Origin: Limnothrix sp. BL-A-16
GTDB lineage: Bacteria; Cyanobacteriota; Cyanobacteriia; CACIAM-69d
DNA: 64,000 nucleotides
Direction: 5' to 3'
NCBI GenBank assembly: GCA_041937175.2
Contig: CP166615.1
Location: 4,288,001 to 4,352,000 of the forward strand
A model generated the notes under the pieces. The model did no database searches and was not told the origin of the DNA. It saw only the letters and a program-made list of their open reading frames with translations. A program made the position numbers and the translations under genes. Positions 54,102-64,000 of this stretch are shown here, piece after piece. Numbering within the stretch: position 1 is the first letter of the stretch; the number at the start of each line of letters is the position of its first letter.

Positions 54102-55796
54102 TTAACGACTGGAGAGCAGAATCAGGCTGGCGAGAGTGCCGCTGTTCCATAAACCGTGCAGCAGGATTGAGGACAGAAGATTGCGCGATCGGGCATAGAC
54201 CACGCCAAGAACAATGCCCAAGGTTGTGAGCGGCAGGACTTCCGAGAGACTGAGGTGGGCGAGGGCAAAGATCAAGCTGCTGAGGCCAATGGCTCCCCAT
54301 GGGGGTAGGTAGCGAGTCAGGGAAGGTAGCAGGAAGCCACGAAAGAGGGTTTCTTCAAACAGGGGGGCCGCGATCGAGGCGGTTAGAAAAAAGCAAGTGA
54401 TAGCGACGGGGTCGCGGTTTTCGAGAACGATCGAGAGGATGGGATTGCTGCCCCCTTGTCCTTGCCAAATCTGCTGATTCGCCAGGGAAACAAGGATCAC
54501 GATCGGGAGTGCAACACAGTAACCACCGATGCCCCAAGCCAGCCAGCGGCCATTTTGCCAGTTGAACTGAAACCAGCCTTCCGGTAGCGGGAGATAGGAT
54601 TTGACGGCGTAGCGCAGGGTTAGAACGCTCCCGGCGGCCATGAGTCCATAGCTGAAGAGGATGATGCCGGCTTGGGTTCCGCCCGTTAGGGTGTTGGGCT
54701 GGATGCCAAGGAGTTGCAGCCCGATCGCGCGGATCAAGGGAACAACAATCTGTCCGATCGCGAAAAAGCCGAGGATGAACACTTCCCAGATGGTTTCCCC
54801 CGTCCAAGGAACTGTCCATTGAACGGAGGCAAGGGACAGCAGTGAGTTAGACCCCTTCAGGAAGCGTTGCACCAGCAAGACGATCAGGCTAATGATGCCG
54901 CAGAGAAGGGCCAGGCTGGGGATGAGGTTAACGGCGGCCAGTTTCAACAGCAGAGACTCGGCTTGCAGGTTGGTTTCGGCGGCCAAGAGGCCGAGTTCAG
55001 CCGGTCGCTGTTGCAGGCGGTACAGTCTGGCCAAGCTGGCATTACGGAACCACCCCCCCAAAAATTGTCGAATATTGTCTTCAATGCCTTGGGCGATGGC
55101 GGGCGGCAACGCTGGGGCATTTGGGTTGGTGACTTGGTTGGTGATTTGGTTGCGACTTCCCCACAACAGAGCCAGATTTTCCCGAATTTCGTCAAAATCA
55201 CTCAGGAAGCTTTGGGGATCGATCGAGTCGGGCAAGGAAGATGAGAGACGGGCAAGCTGCTGCCAAGTGGTCAATGCGGCGGCGGACTCTCCCAACCGGG
55301 CCTGAAGCAGGCCCAATCGCAGGTCTACGGCGGCCAGCTCGCGCAATTGTTGGGCTAGCCGATCAAAGTCAGAGTCTGGCCCCGCTGTGGCTAAATCACT
55401 GGCCTCAGAACTCGCCTCAGAATTTGCCGATCGAGTGTTCGCCGGAGTGGTTAATTCGCGGATGAACTTTTCTGCATTTAAGGCTGCTTTTTCGCGAAAG
55501 GCTTGGTATTGCTGGCGAGCATCGGCAAAGGTGCGATCGCCCAACAGTTGCTGTCGCAGAATAGCGATTGGGTCGTCGGTCTCGGCCGGGCGATCGGGCG
55601 GTAAGTCCAGTTCTCCCGTTGCCCGCAACATCAGATTGATTTGATATAGCTCCAGACGGCTTTGGATCTGGGTTTGGGTGAAGCTGCCCACCAAGGACAA
55701 CCCAGAAACCGACAAGGCCAACACGGTCAGCACCACTAAAACCAATCGCTTGAAATTTCCGCTTCCAGTTATTCCCGTCACAATGTTGCTGCCCAC
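54102..55796 (-). CDS. CPBP (CAAX/Abi) family intramembrane glutamic endopeptidase
   Basis: APLFEE.LFRG, FALAH, H.LWN motifs; long N-terminal domain typical of cyanobacterial members. Confidence 0.9.
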   Translation of the reverse strand: MGSNIVTGITGSGNFKRLVLVVLTVLALSVSGLSLVGSFTQTQIQSRLELYQINLMLRATGELDLPPDRPAETDDPIAILRQQLLGDRTFADARQQYQAFREKAALNAEKFIRELTTPANTRSANSEASSEASDLATAGPDSDFDRLAQQLRELAAVDLRLGLLQARLGESAAALTTWQQLARLSSSLPDSIDPQSFLSDFDEIRENLALLWGSRNQITNQVTNPNAPALPPAIAQGIEDNIRQFLGGWFRNASLARLYRLQQRPAELGLLAAETNLQAESLLLKLAAVNLIPSLALLCGIISLIVLLVQRFLKGSNSLLSLASVQWTVPWTGETIWEVFILGFFAIGQIVVPLIRAIGLQLLGIQPNTLTGGTQAGIILFSYGLMAAGSVLTLRYAVKSYLPLPEGWFQFNWQNGRWLAWGIGGYCVALPIVILVSLANQQIWQGQGGSNPILSIVLENRDPVAITCFFLTASIAAPLFEETLFRGFLLPSLTRYLPPWGAIGLSSLIFALAHLSLSEVLPLTTLGIVLGVVYARSRNLLSSILLHGLWNSGTLASLILLSSR

Positions 55797-56403
55797 CGTT
55801 CAAATGCTGCTTTAAAGGCTGGCCAACTCAATCAGTTCGACAAATTCGATGGCTTTGATCGCTCGATCGCCCGATCGAGACGATCCATGCAGAACTGCAT
55901 AGCCGAATGTCATGGAATTTGGGAAATAATCAAAATTGTCCAGCCAAAGGTAATGAAACCCTTAACAGCTTACCTGGCCCTTACAAACTTATAAACCACG
56001 TTGCGGAAGCTAGTAATCCGATAAGTTCTGATAAATTCCGAAATCTTACTGAATTTATTTGTATCAGTTTTGTAATTTGTTAGGGTTTTTCGGAATTTCT
56101 TTAGCAATGCTCGATCGGGTGACTTGACAACTCTTTGGCCGGGGCGAGATTGCCTGAATTTGCCTAACTCAGCCCTTTCATCCCTTCACCGCTCAGCTAT
56201 TTCCCACAGCGGTCGTTAGGATCAAACCAGCTTAGGTCAAAGGCTGGCACGGCGTGACCATGGTGAGCGATCGAAACCCAAAACCAGCACTCAAAAATAG
56301 CACTGGTTCCTGAACAAGGTTGCTCGATCAAAATCTTCAACCACAGCTTCCTAATTCCCCCGTGCCGTAGCGCCTTGGCCTGCAACCTTCCTGGAGCAGC
56401 ACC

Positions 56404-57129
56404 ATGATTCGTTTGCTAGTTGGCATTCTTGTTTGGGTGATCAATGTTTTGTATAAAGATCGCCCCTATCCCCGATTTTACGTGTTGGAAACCGTGGCCC
56501 GCGTTCCCTACTTTGCTTACATGTCCGTGTTGCACCTTTACGAAACCCTGGGTTGGTGGCGCAAGGCGGACTGGCTGAAGGTGCATTTTGCGGAATCTTG
56601 GAATGAATTGCACCACCTGCTGATTATGGAAGCCTTGGGGGGAAATCGGGTTTGGAGCGATCGCCTGATCGCCAAGTCTGCGGCCCTGGTTTACTACTGG
56701 ATCATTGTGGGGGTGTATTTGGTGTCTCCCCAATCTGCCTACCATTTCATGGAACTGGTGGAAAAACACGCCTACGCGTCCTACAACAAGTTTTTGCATC
56801 AAGCGGAAGCCATGCTGAAGGCGGAACCTGCGCCGGAAATTGCCCAGCGCTACTACCGCGATGGAGATTTGTATCTGTTTGATGAGTTCCAAACGGCCCA
56901 AGTGCCCGAAAGTCGCCGCCCAATCATTGACAACCTCTACGATGTGTTTGTGGCCATCCGCGATGACGAAATGGAGCATGTGAAAACGATGCTGGCCTGT
57001 CAGCAGCCCCAAGATCAGGCCTGCTTGAGTCCCCATGAGGCGGGGAGTTTGACTGGCAAGGCCGCTGATTCGGTTGATTCGATCGCGCCGTCTTTGGAGA
57101 TGACTCCCGATCGCCCGCAAATGGGTTAG
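56404..57129 (+). CDS. Plastoquinol terminal oxidase (PTOX, alternative oxidase family)
   Basis: LETVARVPYF, HFAESWNELHHL, VEKHAY and IRDDE.EH di-iron ligands. Confidence 0.93.
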   Translation: MIRLLVGILVWVINVLYKDRPYPRFYVLETVARVPYFAYMSVLHLYETLGWWRKADWLKVHFAESWNELHHLLIMEALGGNRVWSDRLIAKSAALVYYWIIVGVYLVSPQSAYHFMELVEKHAYASYNKFLHQAEAMLKAEPAPEIAQRYYRDGDLYLFDEFQTAQVPESRRPIIDNLYDVFVAIRDDEMEHVKTMLACQQPQDQACLSPHEAGSLTGKAADSVDSIAPSLEMTPDRPQMG

Positions 57130-57329
57130 TCATGGGTCAATCAGCGGTTATCGAATCGCGAATCATTGTGGGCTTGTGGGCCCGAACTATGACTGATCGC
57201 CACCGGTCGCCATTGGCTACTCATTAAATTCCCATCAACTTTCCCAGGCGGATCGGGTTTGCCCGGTTCGCCTGTATTCTGGACAATTCCCCTGTTCTCT
57301 ACCTTTGCTCCCGTTGTTGGGTGTTTGTC

Positions 57330-58868
57330 ATGGCTATGCAAGGTGCAACGCTTCCTAAAAATCGCGCCCTGGTGGCTCGCCACGCGGCTTTCACGGCCTT
57401 GGGGATGATTGAAGCGGGGGCCTATGCAGATGCGGCGCTCGATCGGGTCATGCGTCAGTATGGGGATTTGGACGGGCGCGATCGCCGGTTGGTGACAGAG
57501 TTGGTCTATGGTTGCACCCGACAGTTGCGGGCCCTGGACGGCTGGATCGATCGCCTGGCCACCCGTTCCGCCCAGGAACAGCCACCAACCCTCCGTAATT
57601 TGTTGCGGTTGGGGTTATATCAGCTTATTTATCTCGATCGAATTCCGGATTCGGCCGCCGTGGACACCACCGTGGAATTGGCAAAATTCTGCGGTTTAAA
57701 GGGGTTGAGTGGGTTTGTCAATGGCTTGCTGCGGGGATATTTGCGCCAAAAAGCTAAAAACCCGAACCCGCTGACCTCGGTGGCGGGTCTTGAGCCGGTG
57801 GAGCGGTTGGCCCAAACCTACAGTTATCCAAACTGGATTGTGCAAACCTGGCTCGATCGCCTGGGGGAAGCGGAAACGGAACAGTTATGCCAATGGTTTG
57901 ACCAGCCCCCAACGATCGACTTGCGGGTTAACACCTTGGTGACCGATCGAGAAACGGTGATGGCGGCCTTAACGGCGGCCGGTGTGGCCGTCACCCCGAT
58001 CGACCACCTGCCCAATGCTCTGCGGTTAACGGCCCAACGGGGTCATGGGGATGACTCTCTTGCAGAGACCAGCGGCACCGAGCCAGATTCCCGATCGGCC
58101 AATGCGCCGGACAATGGCCGGGCCTGGATCGCCACCCTTCCGGGTTATGGAGCCGGTTGGTGGACGGTGCAGGATGCCAGCGCCCAGTTAGTGGCTCTGT
58201 TGTTGGATCCGCAACCGGGCGAAACGGTCATTGATGCCTGTGCTGCGCCGGGCGGAAAAACAGCCCATATTGCGGCTCTGATGCAAGATCAGGGTCAAAT
58301 TTGGGCGATCGATCGCGCTGGATCTCGCCTGCGGAAGGTGCAGGACACGGTACGGCGGTTAGGATTGCGATCGATTCGGACGGTGGAAGCGGACAGCACC
58401 GGAGGCAAAGCGCCCCTGGTCACCGCTGCCCGCAAGCGCGATCGATCTCGATCGAAATCGGAACAGATCAGCGGTTTAGAGGAAGTGCCCACCCAGTGCG
58501 ATCGCCTCTTGCTTGATGTGCCCTGTTCTGGCTTGGGGACGTTGCATCGTCGGGCCGATGCCCGTTGGCGACAGACTCCGGAAACCGTGGCCCAGTTGGT
58601 GCAAATTCAGCGAGATTTGCTCGATCGGGCCGAGGCTTGGGTGCGGCCCGGCGGCGTAGCCGTTTATGCCACCTGCACCGTGCATGAGCCGGAAAACGGA
58701 GCCATTGTCCGCGACTTTTTGCAGCGCCATCCCCACTGGGCGATCGAACCGCCCACCCCTGACTCCCCCTTGGCTCCCTTTGTGACCGCCGCCGGTTGGC
58801 TGGAACTGTGGCCCCACCATTGGCAAATGGACGGCTTTTTCATGGCCAAACTCCGGCGACAGCCATGA
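57330..58868 (+). CDS. rsmB: 16S rRNA m5C967 methyltransferase (Sun/Fmu)
   Basis: NusB-like N-terminus (TELVYG, LRLGLYQL, VNGLLR), VQD.SAQ, DACAAPGGKT, LLDVPCSG, YATCT, MDGFF. Confidence 0.93.
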   Translation: MAMQGATLPKNRALVARHAAFTALGMIEAGAYADAALDRVMRQYGDLDGRDRRLVTELVYGCTRQLRALDGWIDRLATRSAQEQPPTLRNLLRLGLYQLIYLDRIPDSAAVDTTVELAKFCGLKGLSGFVNGLLRGYLRQKAKNPNPLTSVAGLEPVERLAQTYSYPNWIVQTWLDRLGEAETEQLCQWFDQPPTIDLRVNTLVTDRETVMAALTAAGVAVTPIDHLPNALRLTAQRGHGDDSLAETSGTEPDSRSANAPDNGRAWIATLPGYGAGWWTVQDASAQLVALLLDPQPGETVIDACAAPGGKTAHIAALMQDQGQIWAIDRAGSRLRKVQDTVRRLGLRSIRTVEADSTGGKAPLVTAARKRDRSRSKSEQISGLEEVPTQCDRLLLDVPCSGLGTLHRRADARWRQTPETVAQLVQIQRDLLDRAEAWVRPGGVAVYATCTVHEPENGAIVRDFLQRHPHWAIEPPTPDSPLAPFVTAAGWLELWPHHWQMDGFFMAKLRRQP

Positions 58869-59222
58869 GATCCGTGAGATTTGCGAGCGGCGGCCATTAT
58901 GTTTCAATGGATAGACGAACAAAATGATGGTCGCCGAAATTACTCATTATTAATTTTTGATTATTAATGGCAATTGTTGCGTTTTAGACGGGAATTTTAA
59001 GAATTGACTACTGATGAATTGACTGCAATTCCAGAACCAGTCAGGCTTTGAGCCAAAATTAGGGTGTCAGAGAGATCAGGGCAGGATCGAGCCAAGTGTA
59101 ACGCTGTGAATCGATTTGTTGCATGACCTCGCGCAACAGCTATCGTCTTGTATCATTCCCTGCGGTTGGCGACTGTGCCGGTTATCTTATCAACATAAAG
59201 AAAACCTTAAGGAGGGTCTCTC

Positions 59223-59444
59223 ATGAAACCTCTACTGATGCGGCAACTGTGGTCGGTGGTTGAATCGATCCAAACCAGCACCCTTTTGTCCTTGGATGAT
59301 GACGGTCTGGTGAACTTTTTGGCCGATCGCCTCATGACCGGTTGCCCCGGAATCGATCGCAGCGATCGGGCCGAGCTGGATGGTTACCTGCAAGCCAAAG
59401 TCTCCCTAATTCGCGATCTAGCCAACGGGCGCTCAGTGGCTTAG
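59223..59444 (+). CDS. Conserved small cyanobacterial hypothetical protein (73 aa)
   Basis: AAGGAGG RBS; MRQLWS.VE..Q...LL.LDD..LV and LIRDLA pattern. Confidence 0.72.
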   Translation: MKPLLMRQLWSVVESIQTSTLLSLDDDGLVNFLADRLMTGCPGIDRSDRAELDGYLQAKVSLIRDLANGRSVA

Positions 59445-59931
59445 GTGGCTTGCTCGATCGTGGTTCCTGAATCCATCACCCAGCATCTGCTCAAACTAAG
59501 CACATGCTCAGCAATCGAACAGCCGAACAATCGGCACAGCGATCGCTCCATGAACCAATCGCTCAATCATTGCTCAATCAATCTCTAACCTGCCAAGGTA
59601 GTGTTCAGGGCAGCGTTCAGAGTGGTCTGTGAATCTGGCTAAAACTGAATCTAGCTAAAACTGGCTCAAGCCTAGTCTGGTTCAGCATTAACTTGACTTA
59701 GCGGAATGGGGTATGACGCAATTACGAATTTCCAACAGCCGCCCATCAGCAATCATGCTCCAATGATGGACGGCTCAAGTACGGGACTGGCAGTAACAGT
59801 ACCGATCTTGAGTATAAAAATCTAAAGTCAGAATTTCCTAGAAAGCGCGACTGAGCAGCGCCATTCAACCTAGTGCTAGTGAATTAACTAAAGCACTGGT
59901 CTGAATAGCTGTTTTAAAGGTCTAAGAAAAA

Positions 59932-60003
59932 TGGGCGGTATAGGATTTGAACCTATGACAGCCTGCTTGTAAGGCAGGAGCTCTACCGCTGAGCTAACCG
60001 CCC
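59932..60003 (-). tRNA. trnV: tRNA-Val (TAC)
   Basis: GGGCGGTTAGCTCAGCGGTAGAGC...CCTGCCTTACAAGCAGG...GGTTCAAATCC...ACCGCCCA. Confidence 0.96.
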
Positions 60004-60138
60004 CTAAGGGGTTTGGGTCATTGTCAAGAACTTTGACCGCTGACCGGATAACAATATACCAGAGATTTGGAATTTTGCTACGGTTTAGATCGCTGAGATT
60101 ACAAAATTGTCCTTTCTGATTGATTCTGCCTGGCTCCA

Positions 60139-60639
60139 ATGGATGGTCTGCCATTGCCCGCTTTGCCCGCTGCGCCGTTGCTTGCCCCGATCGCGATCGA
60201 GATTGAATCGGAACCTGGGCCGACGGTGAATAATTCTGGGAACTCACCGACCCCGCCCCTGACTGCAAGGCCGGTGCTCTGTTTGGAGCACGATCGGTGG
60301 CAATTGTTGGCGGAGGCGATCGACCAAAATTTGGAACGTCAAACCACCTGGGTGCGACCGATCGTGCTGGCGGAATACGCCGATCAACTAGCCCGGGAAG
60401 CTAGCGATCGTCCCCAAACGATCTATTCAGAAGAATATGCTGTGGATTTGGTGTTGCCGAGTGCCCTGTTCCGGGCGGCATTCGATCTGGAACTGCTGAA
60501 CTTGCTGGCCCTGAAGCCCCATTGCTTGCCCAGCATTGAACCGGCGGCGGGCCGCATGGTTTTCCAAAAATTTGTGCGACTACTGTTCGCCCGCAAGCTC
60601 CCACCGATGCGGATCAGTGGGCCCCCGGAAGTCCGTTGA
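60139..60639 (+). CDS. Conserved cyanobacterial hypothetical protein
   Basis: CLEH....L.AE.I......WVRP and DL..P..LFR.A.D.E pattern; Pro-rich N-terminus; start uncertain. Confidence 0.6.
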   Translation: MDGLPLPALPAAPLLAPIAIEIESEPGPTVNNSGNSPTPPLTARPVLCLEHDRWQLLAEAIDQNLERQTTWVRPIVLAEYADQLAREASDRPQTIYSEEYAVDLVLPSALFRAAFDLELLNLLALKPHCLPSIEPAAGRMVFQKFVRLLFARKLPPMRISGPPEVR

Positions 60640-60878
60640 TTAACCCTCACTGAGGTGTTGGACAAGGGGCGATCGGGCCCAAGGGTCAAGAATCGTATCG
60701 CGGTGGCTTTGATCAAGTTTGATCAAGCAAGATCGACGATCAAGGGCCTTTGAGATCCAAGAACTTGATCAACTCAATCCAGCGGATCGGTTCGACCAGA
60801 GATCCGATCAAAAAGTTTTGATCGGGTAGTTGCCATGAAGCTTAAGAGGAGCTTAAGATTTAGGCATCAAGCTTTTGA

Positions 60879-61073
60879 CTAAACGCTTGGAACCAGTTGG
60901 ATGCGACCTTCATCCATCTCGCTCATGAGAAGTTCCAGCGCTTCATAGTCCGCATCTGAAACATAACCCTGGCGGGTTAACTCATAATTGATCTCGTTCT
61001 CGATATCGGGAGTCAGTTGGCGGAGATAGAGGGCCTTTTCCACCAACCGCCGGATTGCATGGGTTGCTTTCAC
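60879..61073 (-). CDS. Small hypothetical protein (64 aa)
   Basis: AGGAG RBS before GTG; IR.LVE.AL....LT...E..I and DYEAL..LM...GRI pattern. Confidence 0.7.
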   Translation of the reverse strand: MKATHAIRRLVEKALYLRQLTPDIENEINYELTRQGYVSDADYEALELLMSEMDEGRIQLVPSV

Positions 61074-61335
61074 GGTCAGCTCCTGTTAATTACGAACAGT
61101 TGGCTATTGGTTATTGTCGGTTGTTGGTGCGGGAGCTGATGCGATCGCGCCGCTTTTGTCTGCGTGATCTTTATCACCATCGCACGGATGCCCACTGACG
61201 ATTGGAATTAGCCTATTCAACAAGCGACTTCCTTGGAATTGATCGCTGTGCCACTGTTTTGTCCGGATTGAGTTTGGCTGAATTTTGCCGAATTTGGAAA
61301 TTTGCTCGGTACGATCGAACTGAGTCCACTGGAGA

Positions 61336-63999
61336 ATGCCTGTGACCGTTGCTGTAGACCAACTGATCACGACTGAGATTAATCGCCCTGCCCGCTATCT
61401 GGGGAACGAACTGGGATCTGTCCACAAACCCTGGGAGTCGGCGACGGTGCGTTGGGTGCTGACCTACCCGGAAATTTATGAGGTGGGCGCGTCGAATCTG
61501 GGCCATGTGATCCTCTACAACATCATCAACGCCCAGCCCCGCCAACTGTGCGATCGGGCCTATTTGCCCGCCCAGGACTTGGCCGACAAGCTGCGAGCCA
61601 GCCAAACGCCGCTGTTTGCCGTCGAAAGTCGCCGGCCCCTGAGTGATTACGACATTTTGGGCTTCAGCCTCAGCTACGAGCTGGGCGCGACCAACATTCT
61701 GGAAATGCTGGATTTGGCCGGGTTGCCCCTGACCTGGGCCGATCGGGTCGATCGCGCGATCGCCGACTGTCCCTTGATCTTCGCGGGCGGGCAAACGGCC
61801 ACCTCTAACCCGGAACCCTACGCGGACTTTTTTGATTTTGTGGCCCTGGGCGACGGTGAAGAACTGCTGCCGGAAATTGGCCTAGTAATTCAAGAGGGTA
61901 AAGACGCGGGCCTGAGTCGTCAGGAAATCTTGCTGGACTTGGCCCAAGTACCGGGGGTCTATGTGCCCCAGTTTTACGACATGGCGGCCGATGGGTCGGT
62001 GCATCCAGCCCGGTCCGATGTGCCGGCCCGGGTGTTGCGACGGGTCGCCACCCCCATGCCCCACTACTCGATCGGGCTGGTTCCCTACGTGGAAACGGTG
62101 CACGATCGGCTCACGGTGGAAATTCGCCGGGGCTGCACGCGGGGCTGTCGGTTCTGCCAACCGGGAATGCTGACCCGCCCGGCCCGCGATGTGGATCCCG
62201 AAGAAGTGATCGACGCGGTGGCCGACGGGATGCGAGCCACGGGCTTCAATGAGTTCTCGTTGTTGTCCCTCAGTTGCTCCGACTATTTGGCTTTGCCGGC
62301 CGTGGGATTGGAGATTAAAAACCGGCTCCAGGGCGAAAATATTACCCTGTCGTTGCCCAGCCAACGGGTCGATCGCTTTGATGAGAACATCGCCAACATC
62401 CTCGGCGGCACACGCCAAAGCAGCTTGACCTTTGCCCCGGAAGCGGGAACCCAGCGACTCCGGGACATCATTAATAAGGGCTTGACCAATGAAGAACTGC
62501 TACGCGGCGTAAAAACTGCCTGGGAACAGGGTTGGGACAAAATCAAGCTCTATTTCATGATTGGGTTGCCGGGGGAAACTGATGCGGATGTGTTGGGGAT
62601 TGCGGAAACCGTGCGCTGGCTCCAACGGGAATGCGGCGCGCGCGGTCGCAAGCGGATTCAGTTCACCCTGACGATCTCCAACTTCACGCCTAAGCCCCAC
62701 ACGCCGTTCCAGTGGCACACGGTTTCCACGGCGGAGTTTTTGCGCAAACAAAGCCTACTACGGCAGGAATTTCGGACAATTCGCGGCCTGAAGGCAAATT
62801 TCACCGATGTGCGCATTTCGGCCATGGAGGATTTTGTGGGCCGGGGCGATCGCCGGTTGGGGCCGGTGGTGCGCCGGGCTTGGGAGTTGGGTGCGGGGAT
62901 GGATTCCTGGTGGGAAAGCCTTGATCGCGCCTTTGGGGCCTGGCAACAGGCGATCGAGGAAGCGGGCCTGCATTGGAAATATCGCCAAGTGGAAGCGGGC
63001 GAGTGGAACGCCTTTGGGGCAGGGGAATCGGCATCGGAGGCGATCGACCCGGCCACCCTGCTCGATCGACCCTTGCCTTGGGATCACCTGGACAGCGGCG
63101 TGGATAAAAAATGGCTGAAAGAGGACTTGCAACGGGCCTTGGAAGCGGCCACGGTTCCCGACTGCTCCTTTGAGGGCTGTTCCCATTGCGGCGTTTGTGG
63201 CTATGACTTTGGCAATAACGTGGTCGTGCCGCCGCCCGTGATTCCCCAGTTTCAGGGGCACTTCAAACCCAACCAAACCCGGGCCCAACGGGTGCGGCTG
63301 CGGTTTGCCAAGCGGGGAGAAATGGCCCTGCTGAGTCATTTGGATTTGATGCGCCTGCTCGATCGGGCGGTACGTCGGGCGGCGATTCCGGTGTCCTTTA
63401 CGGGGGGGTTCCATCCCTCGCCCCGGATTGTGCCGGCCCATGCGCTCTCCTTGGGGGTGACCAGTGAGGGAGAAATTCTCGATCTGGAGCTAACCGAAGT
63501 GCGATCGTTAGCCCAGATCCAAGGGGAACTGGCGGCCCAGCTCCCGGCGGATTTGCCCCTGCTGGCGATCGAGGAAGTGCCCCTGAAAGATCCAGCGGCC
63601 AACCAACTGCTCGATCGCGCGGAATACGAAATCACCGTCACTGCCACCGATGGCGGGGCGATCGACTGGGCCGCAGCCTTGACCACCGTGCTCGATCGGG
63701 CCGAATGGCTCTGGGAAAAAACCACCAAATCTGGCAAAACCACCCAGGTGAACCTGCGCGATTGGCTCGATCAGGTGCAACTAATCGACCCCACCGAGCA
63801 ACCCAAGGGCGAGTCCGTCACCCTACAATTTCGAGGTCTCTGCCGCAACGATGGGCAACAATTGCGGCCCGAGCATCTGGTCTGGCTACTGGAGCAGGCC
63901 ACGGGCCAGGCCATTAGCCTAGTGCGATCGCACCGGTTGCAACTGCTGCTGGCGGCAACGGTGCGATCGGCCGAAGCCCCCGATTTGGCACTGGTTTAG
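61336..63999 (+). CDS. TIGR03960-family radical SAM protein fused to a TIGR03936/DUF2344 domain
   Basis: PARYLGNE, YPEIYEVGASNLG, RGCTRGCRFCQ (CX3CX2C), YFMIGLPGET, C-terminal SHLDLMR...TGGFHP.PR; TAG at 63997-63999. Confidence 0.92.
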   Translation: MPVTVAVDQLITTEINRPARYLGNELGSVHKPWESATVRWVLTYPEIYEVGASNLGHVILYNIINAQPRQLCDRAYLPAQDLADKLRASQTPLFAVESRRPLSDYDILGFSLSYELGATNILEMLDLAGLPLTWADRVDRAIADCPLIFAGGQTATSNPEPYADFFDFVALGDGEELLPEIGLVIQEGKDAGLSRQEILLDLAQVPGVYVPQFYDMAADGSVHPARSDVPARVLRRVATPMPHYSIGLVPYVETVHDRLTVEIRRGCTRGCRFCQPGMLTRPARDVDPEEVIDAVADGMRATGFNEFSLLSLSCSDYLALPAVGLEIKNRLQGENITLSLPSQRVDRFDENIANILGGTRQSSLTFAPEAGTQRLRDIINKGLTNEELLRGVKTAWEQGWDKIKLYFMIGLPGETDADVLGIAETVRWLQRECGARGRKRIQFTLTISNFTPKPHTPFQWHTVSTAEFLRKQSLLRQEFRTIRGLKANFTDVRISAMEDFVGRGDRRLGPVVRRAWELGAGMDSWWESLDRAFGAWQQAIEEAGLHWKYRQVEAGEWNAFGAGESASEAIDPATLLDRPLPWDHLDSGVDKKWLKEDLQRALEAATVPDCSFEGCSHCGVCGYDFGNNVVVPPPVIPQFQGHFKPNQTRAQRVRLRFAKRGEMALLSHLDLMRLLDRAVRRAAIPVSFTGGFHPSPRIVPAHALSLGVTSEGEILDLELTEVRSLAQIQGELAAQLPADLPLLAIEEVPLKDPAANQLLDRAEYEITVTATDGGAIDWAAALTTVLDRAEWLWEKTTKSGKTTQVNLRDWLDQVQLIDPTEQPKGESVTLQFRGLCRNDGQQLRPEHLVWLLEQATGQAISLVRSHRLQLLLAATVRSAEAPDLALV

Positions 64000-64000
64000 G

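Noticed and set aside
59932..60003. tRNA-Val as an integration site
   Set aside because: No duplicated 3' end or integrase was found in the window

Overview
Cyanobacterial chromosome segment. The HIP1 octamer GCGATCGC is very dense, and the window holds a cyanobacterial 16S-tRNA(Ile)-23S-5S operon plus ndhN, psbQ, petC and PTOX. The backbone is housekeeping: murT/gatD, fcl, folD-crtE-DUF212, purB, htpG, acnB, priA, pheT, nadC, sfsA, rsmB, tRNA-Val and a TIGR03960-type radical SAM gene. Between about 21 and 38 kb, small accessory islets sit between core genes: an MNT-HEPN pair, two antitoxin/PIN pairs, a GmrSD-like DUF262/DUF1524 gene, a RAYT transposase flanked by REP doublets, Uma2, an HNH pair and a PD-(D/E)XK-like gene. 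The most unusual element is a head-to-tail toxin-antitoxin array at 25.2-26.8 kb. A ~121-bp module (RBS plus 36 identical antitoxin N-terminal codons, differing only at silent sites) is joined to unrelated C-terminal halves and different PIN toxins, and a third, dead copy of the module follows. Other notable items are two in-frame TPR-glycosyltransferase genes between murT and gatD, a Cys-free (non-lipoprotein) CyanoQ, and a TWA-target MITE carrying an internal GTAG-REP hairpin. All calls are from reading the sequence; no database searches were run.
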